A stretch of 64,000 bases of DNA from Pecten maximus (Eukaryota): NCBI RefSeq assembly GCF_902652985.1, contig NC_047029.1:21018001-21082000 (forward strand), read 5' to 3'. The notes beneath the pieces were generated by a model, which made no database searches, was not told where the DNA came from, and was given only the letters and a program-made list of their open reading frames with translations. A program made the position numbers and the translations under genes. Below are positions 1 through 13,119 of this stretch, piece after piece; positions within the stretch are counted from its first letter, which is position 1, and each line of letters begins with the position of its first letter.

Positions 1-156
1 CAAGTACAGTAAGTGTTCAGAGAAAAATAACTAATGGAATTGGTAAGCTGTTTGGACCAGGGTGTATACTGTTTATTCTAATTTTGATGGAAAAACAATT
101 GAATTGTTTTATTGGTAATATACACATACTCTTATCAACAGTTTTGAGTACCAGAG

Positions 157-697
157 ACTTCACAGAGATATATGTATATGTATATGTATATATATATATA
201 TATAGGGTCTAGTAAGTAATAACGACGGTATAAACCAATATAGGTACTGGATCCTAACAAACAAATGTTGGATGCGTATTACTAGAAATAGATATATGTC
301 AAGTAGTAATAACGACGGTACAGACAAGTAAATTGTCAAATTTTCGAGGCAATCCGCCCCTTTATCAAGACACAGGTAAATTACATACGATCACATATAG
401 ACATAGAACATGGAACAGTTACACAAATATAGTATTACTTTTAGCATCTGTACACCACCAAAGATGTTTCCTTATTAATCATAATAGGCCCTCGGCGAAT
501 TTAGTATCGGCTGAGGGGGATCATTTTTACAACATTATGATACTTTTTGTTGTTTATACCTACTATGTTTGTGTAACTGTTCCATGTTCTATGTCTATAT
601 GTGATCGTATGTAATTTACCTGTGTCTTGATAAAGGGGCGGATTGCCTCGAAAATTTGACAATTTACTTGTCTGTACTGTCGTTATTACTACTTGAC

Positions 698-729
<32 letters not shown>

Positions 730-740
730 CTCTGTGAAGT
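157..740. mobile_element. Foldback / MITE-like inverted repeat (arms 157-434 and 561-740)
   Basis: 292-434 is a near-perfect reverse complement of 561-703. The termini ACTTCACAGAGATATATGTATATG and CATATACATATATCTCTGTGAAGT also pair, and the left arm carries an extra ~90 bp (203-291). This explains why ORFs 333..614(+) and 501..725(-) share a peptide. Confidence 0.75.
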
Positions 741-2142
741 ATGTGCCGTTAACTCTTTATGTGATTATAACAAAAGGTACCGTTATTTTTGTTGAAACAA
801 TGATTCAAATAGTAATAATTAGTTGCTTATTATAATATAGGAATCATATCTAATTGAGAGGGAAAAACAAGAGAAAATTATTGAAAGTACACTGTATATC
901 ATTGTTACCTGTACATGGTGGATTTTTAATTATAAAAGATTTTCCATTATTTCATTTCTAAAGTGTTGTGTAATATCATTATTAATATAAGTAATTAATT
1001 ATCACTATATGTATTTTGTTATGAATACGTACATATGAATGTATATGTTATTTTTAATAGTATTCTTAAACATTTTCTTCACTTGTTAGTCACCTTTGAG
1101 TTCCATGTACATAATGTATATGTATACGGAAACAGACTCTACCTACATTTTCCACAGGTAAACCCAGGTAATGTTTATATAGCAAAAACAACATGTTGGC
1201 TGAGTGGGAATGAACCGCGTACGTTTCTGTATACATGGTATGACCTAGTATACTATATATCCAGTTTAAAACTGTAATCTATACATATTAAACATATTGT
1301 TATACATTATTTAACCTCATGTACGATAAATAACATACCTGTGTTGGTTGATAGTCAGGTGTGAAATATATTATCAGAACCTATAGAACTTTACGTTTAT
1401 GAGACGTAATATAAAAACCCTTGTGTCACATCCGGGAACGGACATCCGACTCGCCATACAACAACACGGCCACCCCCTTCCTCCCACATCCCGAGATACA
1501 TGTAGCTATGACGTATTAAAGAATCAAATCGTCAATCAAAGATAAGTACCTGGCTTCAATACACTAAATACGAACTCTGAAGATCTGCTACAGTGCCGAT
1601 ATTTCTGGATAGCACATCTACATATTAAAATAATATCAGCATATATAAGTTTTCAAAACTTATTTCCGAATCCCATTCCTCTGTATATACTATGTGAAAA
1701 TGGAATGAAATAAAGTTTATATAAAATAATATCAAACGCGAACCAGGTCGTTACCTTGAAAAGTCAACATCGCCTGCTGTTGAAGGAAATTTCCTTAGGC
1801 CAACACATTATACTACTGTCCCTGGCGTTACGGTTTTTCACTTCCTTTCACAAAGATTTTATAGAATAAATCAAATGGGTAATTGGTAGCAGGATAAGGC
1901 CCATATACTTATGTTCTCTCACTAATGAAGTTACAGTTAAAAGATACAGTTTAATAGGAGTCGGTGTTTATACGAGTTGGAATCAGGTTATCACAGTTTC
2001 AGGCTAGGTTCACTGCCACAGGAAATTCGTGGCCAATCTGTGTGCCGAGGGCACACCAAATGTAATAAGCCTCGCTTTGGATCAAGCACTGTTTGTTACA
2101 ACAGAATGACACGTGCACGAGGGATTGGCATACAGACATGTA

Positions 2143-2181
2143 GACGGACGGGCGGACGGACGGACGGACGGACGGACGGAC
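2143..2181. repeat. (GGAC)n microsatellite, probably a remnant of a HINE-type element
   Basis: GACG/GGAC tandem run; the same motif sits at the 3' end of the intact HINE (about 16968-17030). Confidence 0.75.
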
Positions 2182-2573
2182 AAGTCCCAGTTGCTCTGAC
2201 AACAGTTTCGGAAAGTTTCATGAAATAAGATATTGTCCCTGTTAAATGTTATACATACGATGGATTTGAATATAAAGACAGACTGCCCTGAGGTTAGGGA
2301 TATTGATGAAACTGGGACCAGGTTTTAACTCTCGCCAAGACTTAATGACTAATTAAGAAGTAATCACCGAGTGTTTGATAAGACATTGTGTGAGACCATT
2401 CTCAGTGTTCAGAACCCTCGAGATAATTTGTAATCAGTTACAGGAGTATATTCCTTATCAGCATTTGTGCTGCTCGTTAAAGACAGTGAAATTGATTATT
2501 TTGCCAAAGAGGCGAATCCAGTAGTACTAGGTAAGACTGGAGGGGTACCAACCATCTCTAACCCTCCCTGACC

Positions 2574-3172
2574 TTAGGAATGAGATGTTATGTAGTGGTG
2601 GGGATGGGGATGGGAGCGGGGAAAGGGTTTAGGAATGAGATGTTGTGTAGTGATGGGGATGGGGATGGGGGAGGGGCTTAGGAATGAGATGTTATGTAGT
2701 GGTGGGGATGGGGATGGGGGAGGGGCTTAGGAATGAGATGTTATGTAGTGGTGGGGGAGGGGATGGGGGTGGGGGAGGGGTTTAGGAATGCGATATTTTG
2801 TAGTGGTGGAGGTGGGGATGGGGGAGGGGCTTAGGAATGAGATGTTGTGTAGTGATGGGGATGAGGATGGGGGAGGGGTTTAAGAATGAGATGTTATGTA
2901 GTGGTGGGGGAGGGGATGGGGGTGGGGGAGGGGTTTAGGAATGCGATATTTTGTAGTGGTGGAGGTGGGGATGGGGGAGGGGCTTAGGAATGAGATCTGG
3001 GGGAGCGATTAAGGTGTTCAAGTAGGGTAGGAATGCTATGTTGTGTAGTGATGGGGATGGGGGGGGGGGGGGTTTAGGAATGCGATATTGTGTAGTGGTG
3101 GGGGTGGGGATGGAGGAGGGGCTTAGGAATGAGATCTAGGGGAGCGATCAAGGTGTTCAAGTTGGGTAGGAA
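2574..3172 (+). repeat. G-rich minisatellite (~50-57 bp unit TTAGGAATGAGATGTTATGTAGTGGTGGGGATGGGGATGGGGGAGGGG)
   Basis: About 11 recurrences of TAGGAATG(A/C)GAT, most followed by 3-4 G-tracts. Confidence 0.9.
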
Positions 3173-5639
3173 CAAGGCGGGGTCAGTTTGATTGGATCGG
3201 ACAAGATGGCATAATTCATACAACTCATCGCGTACAGAATGATGTGCGCGAGCAGGTAACTACATCGAACAGGCATAAGTAAGATAGCTTTATAAGATTT
3301 TAGCTTGTTTTCGAATCATAATTCTATTGTATGTATGATTTTTATTGTGATGTTGTATGGAAGTACTTGAATATTAATAAAATATGACGTCACGATACTG
3401 ACTATATATTCTTGGACAGAAGTAGGTCACTACTTTCGAATAACATGCACTGGAATTTATATTATTGTATAAATATACACGGTTAAGGATTTTCTTCACA
3501 GAACAATTAACCATCGTATTAATTTTTGTTTATCAAAATACAAGGCATATACGTTCTCCAGGACATTTCCTACGCCCGTGTGACTGTGGAAATGGCCACT
3601 GAATTAAACAGTTTTACTTATGTAACACGGTTTCGGCTATTGTTTAATGAGGTAGTCAGCGCTGATAGTTTAAAGCAAACAAAGTGATATAAACTTACCG
3701 TTTATGGAGAGAAATGATCCAGGACTTTTACTCGATATCAAATTGCCAAGTTACTCTCTAATTAACGTTTATAAAATCGGCGGAAGTAACCTATTGACAC
3801 AGCTCGATCCAATTTCCGGTCCCTGTGTACGCAAGTACTTCCGGATTTATCTTGTCACGTCAAGTGTCCTCGTGAACCTAGCATCATATGATAAAGGAGG
3901 AGTGCCAATTTTGGCTTTCTATTGGCTATCACACATAAGTTTTATTATTTTTTTTTTTATAGATAAATTGAGGTTAGGTGGTCATGATATGAGTTGAAAT
4001 TAGGGTCAGGTCAGCGACCATTACGAGTTACGAAGGGGTCAATTTGAGGGTCAATTTCACGATTAGCCCAATTTTGACGAAACGTAATGATATTTTTGGA
4101 ATTTTCATCATAATTATGATGCATTGATATGTTGAAAATAAAACAAATCGAATAACCAACCCATAGTCAAAAAGTACGTCATAGCGACCCATTTTTTGCC
4201 ATCCCGAGATGTCGGCACTCCAGTGTATGTTCTTAATTATTCAATACCAGTGGGTAGCAAACAAACATACATGTATATCGAAATATGGTTCACTTTCATA
4301 CTTATCAAATTACATCAACTTGACCATTCCACTGATGTTATAATCAAACTCAAAGTTTCAAAACATTTCGCGGCCATATTTGTAATGCGAGTCACGTGAT
4401 TAACGTCTCACAGGAAACTGTTTTCAGCATGAGGATTACCGTGTCACGTGATATCTCGCCAGGTCACACGAACGCAGTCAATACAAATATGGCTGCTAAA
4501 TGTTTAGAAACCATTGATAGTGCTACTTGTAAATATTTTCAAAATTATATCGCATTTAATATTTTTGCATTTCTGCCTACAAACTTTCGCCATTCAAATT
4601 AGTTCATTGACAATTTCATACGCTAAACGTTTTAATCACAACATAGTCTTTGTACCTTTTAAGAAAAATGTGTAAAATCTACCTGGTTGTTGTCAGGTTA
4701 ACCATTTTGTTGTCACAATAACTTGTGCAATAGTCGTGTCCATCGTGTACATTAGTTCTTTCAGCTGCATTATATGACGTAATTAGATGAACTAGTCCTA
4801 GAAGGTATGACTATGCTTTCAGTCTCGGACAAAGGTCTGATTAGGTTTGCTTACTTGTTCCAGAGACGTATATACCTGATATACAAGTCTCTGCTTGTTC
4901 GGGAACTGATTTCCGTCATAAGGGAGAGTTTAATGTGTCATCTGTCAATCAAATTACTTCATACTATCAGTATCTGCATGCCTTCTTGAGAGCTAGAACT
5001 TTGACCAGACGAATATTAGGATATATTCCAAAAAAAATCGCTCACCGACCTATATATGTATATAAGTTTTATAAATTTATATCCGGACTATACATTCGGC
5101 AACTCTCGTCGATTGTTACATAATACTAATTCTTATTTCACATGCTCTTCAACATTATATACCGGTAATAAATGACTACAATCAGTATTTTTCATGACTG
5201 ATACACATATAAAACCCTTCTTAGCTTTATAGTAGTGTTTTCAGTGAAATTTCCATCAGACCTTCACTGGTTTCATTTAATCATATTGACATGAGTTGTT
5301 CAGGGAGGTAGAACCTCCAGCAAAATCCCACTCACAAGACATGATGATGCCCAGAGGGCATGTATAGATCAACTGGATATTTCAGTGACTATGGCAGAAC
5401 ACTCATTTCAATTTAAATAAATTACAAATACTTTTTCCCCAGTTTTAGATCTACTATTCAATACTTTGCATTGAAATTAACGCGTTCCTTTACCTACCAT
5501 TTAACTTTCTGGTTCCAAAAAAGATAACAAGCAAATTAAGTTGAAAACTTTAATAACCAATTCTGACTTCCTTTAATGGGCCCCGGGTTAATTTCCATTA
5601 TTCCATTTGGGTTCTCTTATTGCCCCATCCAGAACAACC

Positions 5640-6060
5640 GTTTATATAAAATTAGTTCCACCTAACCCATTTGTACGATCCCGACTGCCTAGGCATGCTA
5701 CGATTCAATTTTGTGGGTTATCCCCAATATTTGTAGTATTTTGAATCCTCATCACCTAGGGATGCTACTAGTCAAATATGAGTGATATACAATTCTTAGT
5801 TCAAGAGAAGAATTCGTTTGTAGCAATAAAGTCCCCCTTTTAGCCCCGCCCATGAGCCTCCTTGGAGTTCAACCCCACAACTTATACCATATTACCTAAT
5901 CTTTCAAATAAGGATGCTTCTTATCACTTTTTTCTAAATTCAAATCCTTGGTTAAGAAGCAGTAGTAGAATTTGTTGACGTATGTGCTAGACACAGCAGA
6001 CGGATGGTCACAGGGTATGGCATAAGCACAACTAGGTCCTTCAGACCAGGTGAACAAAAA
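5640..6060 (+). mobile_element. Degraded 3' part of a HINE/Helentron-type non-autonomous element
   Basis: Shares the GGATGCTAC...AAATATGAGTGATAT...AGAAGAA blocks with 61869-62480. Ends in a CAGACGGA-like tract and an imperfect hairpin (GGTCCTTCAGACC) before an A-run. Confidence 0.45.
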
Positions 6061-6329
6061 TTATTTCCCAGGTGTGTTCCCAAGTATATATAATTTCTGA
6101 ACTTAACACCATGTTTTCCTGTATCGTTTTCAATCTTACCAGCCTAAGTCTCATCATGAAATCATTACATTGACATTGACCTATTGGATTTCAATTATCC
6201 CTTTGCGAGCTATAAAGGGGACGCTGACTCTAAAATGCACAGGCATCGCAATATAATGTTTCAGCCTTGACCTCAATATCTCTAAACCCTCCCCCCCCCC
6301 CCCCCCCCCCCCCTTGATAGATGTCTGTC

Positions 6330-7750
6330 AGATTAAGCTGTCTTCCGTGCAGATTGCTTTGTCAGGAGTTCCGAGGATATATCTACTGATAAGCGCAGTA
6401 TGTTGTGCAACCATCGGTTTTTCCACTGCTGTAAGTGGTAAAAGCCGCCTACAAAATGTATTTGGTTTCTCCGCTTACAGGATGGCTCTTTCGTCAATCC
6501 ATACTGTTGCAGATTGACAGGTTATGTGAGTAAATCGTACAAGTCAGGAAGGTCACAATGAATTATTGACTCAGTTCTCTGCAGTTCTGTACCAGCCACT
6601 GCTCGCTCTGTTGTGATTCCTTACTGCGTTGCATTGACCTTCTCTCATTGATGGATACGTGTGTACCCAACATCCCAGCAACCCGTGTTCCTAATGATGA
6701 CACTGTTTTAACATACTCTCTGCTATTGCTACCTGCGTTATTTTGTCAACCTCTTACGCCACCTTCGACTCTTCCACAACTGCTGTCAATTCAGTGGAAT
6801 GGCTACATAGCATAGACTCGAAGATTGCTGAAACTCCGAAGAACTTTCTAACGACTGCGTTCCTATGCTTTTTCTGGTTCTGCGGGTCAGCAAGTTTATC
6901 ATCCAATCATTTACCAAGGCACTCGATAGTCACTTGTGATGTGTATATGTGATCTTCTCCTGAACCACCAATGTGAACAGTCCATTTAACCGAGTCCACC
7001 TCCTTCACGTCTTATGACGGAACTACAATATCACTTTTCAGTACGTTAGAAACAATCTGGTTTGTACTTGACTGGTGTTAACCGGGTTATCTATAAACTC
7101 GCTGTTTAACAGATAACCGATTCCTTCTTTGGTCTTCAGTGCCTCCACAGTGATGCCTTGATGATGAAATTTATTCCCATGATGACGATTTCGGTGAAAA
7201 ACCTTATCCTGTTACTATCTCTTTGTGTAATTGTAACGCTGTTCTCGACTGGAATAATCAGCTGCATCCCACTTAAGTATTTGAGACTCCCAGGAAAACC
7301 TGCACGGATCTTTGATCTCTTTATGTCTCTCTCATAATTTTGATTCCTTTCTGATGTAGTCTCTCCTCCTGGTCTTTGAGATAGCTTCGTAGTAGTTAGA
7401 TCATAGTTTCTACTGTTGCTCCTTCAAATCATTACATAAAGCGTGAACATTGGACGTCATGATGGCTTCCAGTGACCCTTGCGAAGTTGCTTTTGATGTG
7501 GTCGAAAAAATTCTTGCCAATAATGTTCCATACTTCTTTAATATATTGCCACTCTGCTCTTTCTTGTTGCTCGCTTCTTAAACGTTTATAACGGAGAAAC
7601 TACGGTTAAACTGCTAGTATAGGGTTTGTCCTGCGTGGCACCGTTTTGACTTCTGCTGCAAAGTGCGTCGGTGACGGCCTATGACAGCATTTTAATCTTT
7701 CTCACAGACTTTCCGCACTGGCATTCGATTTCGAGTGGTCTCCCATCACC
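6330..7750 (-). mobile_element. Heavily decayed, internally deleted HERO/NeSL-like (R2-group, RLE-type) non-LTR retrotransposon
   Basis: Minus-strand peptide remnants in the order expected for this family: ECQCGK (N-terminal zinc finger), AGFPG, MGINFIIKA, EFIDN..TSQVQTR (cf. GFMDD..T.VQARW), ECLGK*LD, AVVEESKV and LYDLLT*PVNLQQYGLTKEPSCK (cf. VYDLLPSPxNLxxWGLxExPxC). Many stops and frameshifts. Confidence 0.55.
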
Positions 7751-9255
7751 ACACCATGTTCTGCCCCTAACATTTTTTTTGTGTTTACCCTATCAATTAT
7801 AGATACAGTGATTCAGACGAATTCAGATAAAAATCGTCATAAAATTATGTGATAGGAAGAATCAAGGATTTATTTGTATATTTACAGTTTTTTCACAATG
7901 ATCGTGTCTATAACGAGGTAAATAGCTTCTTTAAATGATACTGTAATGTTTTCTGACCTGGTAGTGGAAAGTTTTCTGTTTCGTCAATGTTTCACATAAA
8001 GATTCATATTATTGATAAGTAAGATTATATATCATAATTACTTGTTTTCGCGTTAAATGCGTTTTCCACACAGGAAACAAAGACAGGGTACCAGTTCTGT
8101 TCTGATTAATAGTACAATGGCGCTAATGATTTTTTTGATGGATAGCAGGTACGTAGTAACCAACTCCGCGGATCGTAAACATCTATATCATTTGGAAAAG
8201 CTGACCTTTTTAATTTTAAAACTAATAAGGACAGATAAGTTAAGATATATTTTATTTAAAGCGTCAGACATTTCAAAGTACACCAGTCAGGCAAATATTA
8301 AAATCACCAGCCTTACAAGACTGAAATCACATTAAGCAAGATATGGCGGTAAAGGTTTATTATCACTATTACTAGGGCCACAAGTAATATCATATGGATC
8401 ATGATCTTATTTTTAACTGTGGCAGTAGGGCCACAAGTAATAGCATATCGATCGAGATCTTTACTACACCTACATGTATGACTGTGACCATGATCAAAAT
8501 CGTAACTTTTAAGTAATAATAGTATATATCGCAAAATTCATCCCATTGGTGTCCCAACAGCTTATCCTTAGTCATCTTATCAGGCCTTGGTGGTAATCAC
8601 TAACCTGTTGATCACTATGAATACTTTAAGCTAGTGCATGTGCGACTTACTTTAAATCTAGTACATCCTGCTGATAGGCAAGGGAAGGGGCAATTCAGGA
8701 ATGTCCCATTTATGTCCGCCTGATAGACCAATATCATTACTTGTACACCTGAATTGACGCAATCTGTCAAACGTCAATCTCTTCTTGAATATTAAACACT
8801 TTTCCAGATTTAGCTGTAGCTACCTGATTCTGAGTCAGTCATCCATCACTTAGATCATTGGCTAGTCAAAAACATCCCCAGACAATTTAAGCGCCGCCAT
8901 GTGTGTTTTCGCTAAATGTATGCTGATCAAAATGTAGATAATTTGAAATGGAAAAGAGCTTAAGTGTACAGTATTACTAAAAGTTAGCGTGCGAAAGTAG
9001 AATTTTATTACTCGTTTTGTAAATGAATGGTATGCACAGATAAACAAAAATCAGTTCACTATATTGAGTTTTTGAAATGTAAATTATGATGAAAACTGTC
9101 GGCGAAGATAGAATTTTATGGCTCATTTTTTGCAAGAATGACATGCACAGGTAAACATCACATCTGAAATGTAAATTTGGATGAAAAATTGTTGATATTG
9201 CGTAACTACAACGAAGAGGGTGATATATTATCGATCTACTTTTTATACACTGACT

Positions 9256-9256
<1 letters not shown>

Positions 9257-9299
<43 letters not shown>
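9257..9299. repeat. (AG)n microsatellite
   Basis: About 21 perfect AG repeats. Confidence 0.95.
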
Positions 9300-9302
<3 letters not shown>

Positions 9303-9766
9303 GACGGGGATCAGTATCGCTATTGGTTGCATAATATTTAAATGTTCGTTTGTTTTATTTTAACTAACATTAAACACATAATTTAAGAATTATCAAAGCA
9401 AAATATCATTTAAAACACAGAAATACTCCAAGCATGTGCGATAGCATACAATTTTTGCGTCAAAGTTTCTCACGAAGCTCACAATAGACTGCCCGAGCAA
9501 CCGTTGTTTGGATGTATAGGGAAACAGGTATTAAATATGAAACTAGTACCCGTGCTTAACAATGAGCTGTCATATATCTCACATTATAACTAGAACATAC
9601 TCTTTCGTAATACAATGTTTGGCCGGTCACTAACTGTTCAGGAGCCGAGAGACGACGGGTAATCCGAAGGCTACTTTTTCTTCGGATCACAGCGACTTTA
9701 ACATTAGGTTTCATGCTAATGATTCAACACACTGATAGTAACCGATATAAGAGCGTTGTCATCAAT

Positions 9767-9771
<5 letters not shown>

Positions 9772-9803
<32 letters not shown>

Positions 9804-9810
9804 GGGGGGG
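9772..9810. repeat. (TG)n microsatellite plus G-run at the left edge of the macro-repeat
   Basis: TG run followed by G10, directly abutting the first base shared with the other units (GGGTATCAGTTCTGA). Confidence 0.9.
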
Positions 9811-10201
9811 TATCAGTTCTGAATATGCAACTTTTTTGCTGCTTTCTGTGGTGTAAACATGTATAATTTTATATAATATGCAATAAACGTGATCATTTGA
9901 TAAATTGTAAATATATTGTATTGTTAACATTGAATCAGAATGGGACGCGCTGTCCACTGGACGGAACGCGACGGGAATTGGCAACACTGTCTCCCCAGTA
10001 ATTAGGTCGATAGAAACGTTAAATTCTGAATGGGGAAATGCAAACGCCAAATAACTTGATAATTATCAGTATGGCGAGAAAAACGCTAACAAAATAACAT
10101 CTTTAAAAGATGTCAGGGGTATCTACTCTACAGTATAACTATAATCAGTACAAACAATGCACACGTAAAACAAACACGTTATTCTGTAGTAGTTGTCTTA
10201 C

Positions 10202-10398
10202 CTTGTAATTCCGAGCGATGAACTTTACAACAGCACACTTATGTAAACCAAATGTTACGTACTCCTGTCACTATGAAGAAATCCGAGAAGTAAAATCTCA
10301 CTAGAGCAAAGTGAAGATAAATTCACATTTTCAGCGGAACCATTCTGATAATTTCTACCACTGAATTACCAAACCTCCGAGTCGACAGTCCTATTTAA
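10202..10398 (-). promoter_or_regulatory. Putative core promoter + non-coding first exon + splice donor (also 12639-12836, 17702-17903, 21131-21332)
   Basis: Minus strand: TTAAATAG TATA-like element, Inr-like TTAGT/TCAGT about 28-36 nt downstream, ~165 nt without a long ORF, then AAG|GTAAGA (copy 1) or GAG|GTAAGA (copies 2-4). Motif-level evidence only. Confidence 0.35.
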
Positions 10399-10675
10399 CA
10401 CTACCCTTTCCCTATATGGTGTTAACAAAATATATGTGAAGCCTTATCTGACAGATCTGGTGAACGTGATACCCCTTTCTGTTGACACAGACATGCATGT
10501 ACAATATGGGTCTCACAACATAAATAATGTTGCATTCTTATGACACTACATTAATTTTCAGAGATTGGTGAAACTAGACCAATTGTCAAATGCATAAAGA
10601 CCTCTATTGAAATAGAAATCAAAAATGTTATAGCAAAAGTAACTTCCGGGACGAAAACGGTAAACATAGAATCGT

Positions 10676-11155
10676 CCATCATTATAAAGGGTTAGTATAC
10701 ACCTCCTCCCCGTGACCTAGTGAGATACAATAGTCTACATTATAAAGGGTTAGTATACACCCCCTCCCGTGACCTAGTGAGATACAATAGTCCAACATTA
10801 TAAAGGGTTATTATACACCCCCTCCCCGTGTCCTAGTGAGATACAATAGTCCAACATTATAAAGGGTTATTATACAACCCCCTCCCCGTGACCTAGTGAG
10901 ATACAATAGTCCAACATTATAAAGGGTTATTATACACCCCCTCCCCGTGACCTAATGAGATACAATAGTCCAACATTATAAAGGGTTTGTATAAATCCCC
11001 TCCACGTGACCTAGTGAGATACAATAGTTCTACATTAAAAAAGGTTAGTATACATCCCCTCCACGTGACCTAGTGATATACAATAGTCCAACATTATAAA
11101 GTGTTAATATACATCCCCTCCCCGTGACCAAGTGAGAAATACTAGTCCAATATTA
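10676..11155. repeat. 59-bp minisatellite array 1 (~8 units)
   Basis: Consensus GTGACCTAGTGAGATACAATAGTCCAACATTATAAAGGGTTATTATACACCCCCTCCCC. Confidence 0.95.
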
Positions 11156-11331
11156 AAAATATACGGTATTTCCTCGTTAAACATTGTCTGTGTTCATTGA
11201 AAAAACTATAAGACAATGTGTGTGATACACTCTTCATCTTAAACTTCAGCGGGAATTTGATTTTTGCATGTTGAAAATCGGTAGGTGTTTAATATCGGTA
11301 CTAAAATAATGAGTTAAAAGGAAAAATAATT

Positions 11332-11487
11332 GGCATTATCTCCTTAATCACGATTATGGCATTGAAAACAAAACGATAAGCGGTATTATCTCCTTAATTA
11401 CGATTATGGCATTGAAAACAAAACAATACACGGCATTATCTCCTAATTACGATTATGGCATTGAAAACAAAGCAATACGCGGTATTC
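11332..11487. repeat. 50-bp tandem repeat x3 within segment B (also ~14264-14421 and ~19862-20018)
   Basis: GG(C/T)ATTATCTCC recurs at 11332, 11382 and 11432. Confidence 0.9.
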
Positions 11488-13119
11488 ATTAAATTACATA
11501 TTTCTTCACCTTGTGAGTCGTTTCTCGGGAAATTTCAGAAAGACATCAGTATAAGATTATACTTTCTGTTTTAAATTTTAAGACAATGATTGATTCATTC
11601 TCTGTTGTTATCAATCGAGTGTTACAATTTTAGTCGTTGTAGCCCCTAGGAAAGGTCGCTTTCATTATCTCCGTCCTCCGTCGGGCTCGGTGAGATTCCT
11701 GACCTGAATAAGCATCTGCAGGCTCACAAAAAATCCCTACGTGACAGCGCATCGTGATAAATGATACTCGATATATGAAACAAATTACCTATATTTGAGA
11801 CAAAAATAGATCTGTTCCACCCATTACAGGCCTGCTTTTCTTTTGTACTGTTGCGTTCTCCCTGTCTCGTGTCGTCAAATGACCTTGGTTGCTGTAAGGG
11901 CGTATACTCCGTTGAATATATTACACCATCTTAATAATCACAATGCTCTAGAGTTTCAGTGCATGGTATTTGGTACTAAAACAACTTAAACTTTTAAAAC
12001 TAAAAAATGTGATATTCATATTAATAAAACAAATTGTCACGTAAGGTAGCCCCGTGACCTTTGCATCAAGTTTGACCAAAATCCATGAAATCATGAAGTT
12101 GCTAAGTGTTCAAATTGAATGAGTTGGTGTTTTTTTCTTTATATAGCGAATATGACCTTGGTCTTGAAAACAATGTTTTCTGTATAATCATACTTGACCG
12201 TTGTATAATGAAGTTGTTAAATGTCTCATAAGCCAAGCCTGGCTGGGTATCAGTTCTGAATATGCAACTTTTTTGCTGCTTTCTGTGGTGTAAACATGTA
12301 TAATTTTATATAATATGCAATAAACGTGATCATTTGATAAATTGTAAATATATTGTATTGTTAACATTGAATCAGAATGGGACGCGCTGTCCACTGGACG
12401 GAACGCGACGGGAATTGGCAACACTGTCTCCCCAGTAATTAGGTCGATAGAAACGTTAAATTCTGAATGGGGAAATGCAAACGCCAAATAACTTGATAAT
12501 TATCAGTATGGCGAGAAAAACGCTAACAAAATAACATCTTTAACAGTTGTCAGGGGTATTTACTCCACAGTATAACTATAATCAGTACAAACAATGCACA
12601 CGTAAAACAAACACGTTATTCTGTAGTACTTGTCTTACCTCGTAATTCCGAGCGATGAACGTTACAACAGCCCACTTATGTAAACCAAATGTTACGTACT
12701 CCTGTCACTATGAAGAAATCCGAGAAGTAAAATCTCACTAGGGCAAAGCGAACATCAATTCACATTTTCAGCGGAACCATTCTGATAATTTCTAGCATTG
12801 AATCACTAAACCATCTGAGTCGACAGTCCTATTTAACACCACCCTTTTCCCATATGGTGTAAACTAGATATATGTGAAGCCTTATCGGACGGACCTGGTG
12901 AGCGTGATACCCCTTTCTGTTGACGCAGACATGAATGTACAATATGGGTCTCGCAAAATTGATAATGTTGCATTCTTATGACACTACATTTATTTTCAGG
13001 GATTGGTGAAACTAGACCAATTGTTACATGCATCAACACCTCTATTAAAATGTAAATCAAACACTTTATAGCAAAATTAACTTTCGGGACAAAAAGGGTA
13101 GACAACACTGTCAACGTAA

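Noticed and set aside
333-725. Same peptide encoded on both strands
   Set aside because: Artefact of the inverted repeat.
1549-1921. Two AG/GT-bounded minus-strand segments (1921-1755, 1616-1549) as coding exons
   Set aside because: The larger has stops in all frames; they could be UTR or lncRNA exons but cannot be supported without transcripts.
3899-4221. GGAGTGCC...GGCACTCC-bounded element
   Set aside because: Only an 8-bp inverted match and no TSD; insufficient.
9724-12487. Twin ORFs MAFAFPHSEF... as a duplicated gene
   Set aside because: Non-ATG start, no domain, not preserved in units 3 and 4; identity is explained by the duplication.
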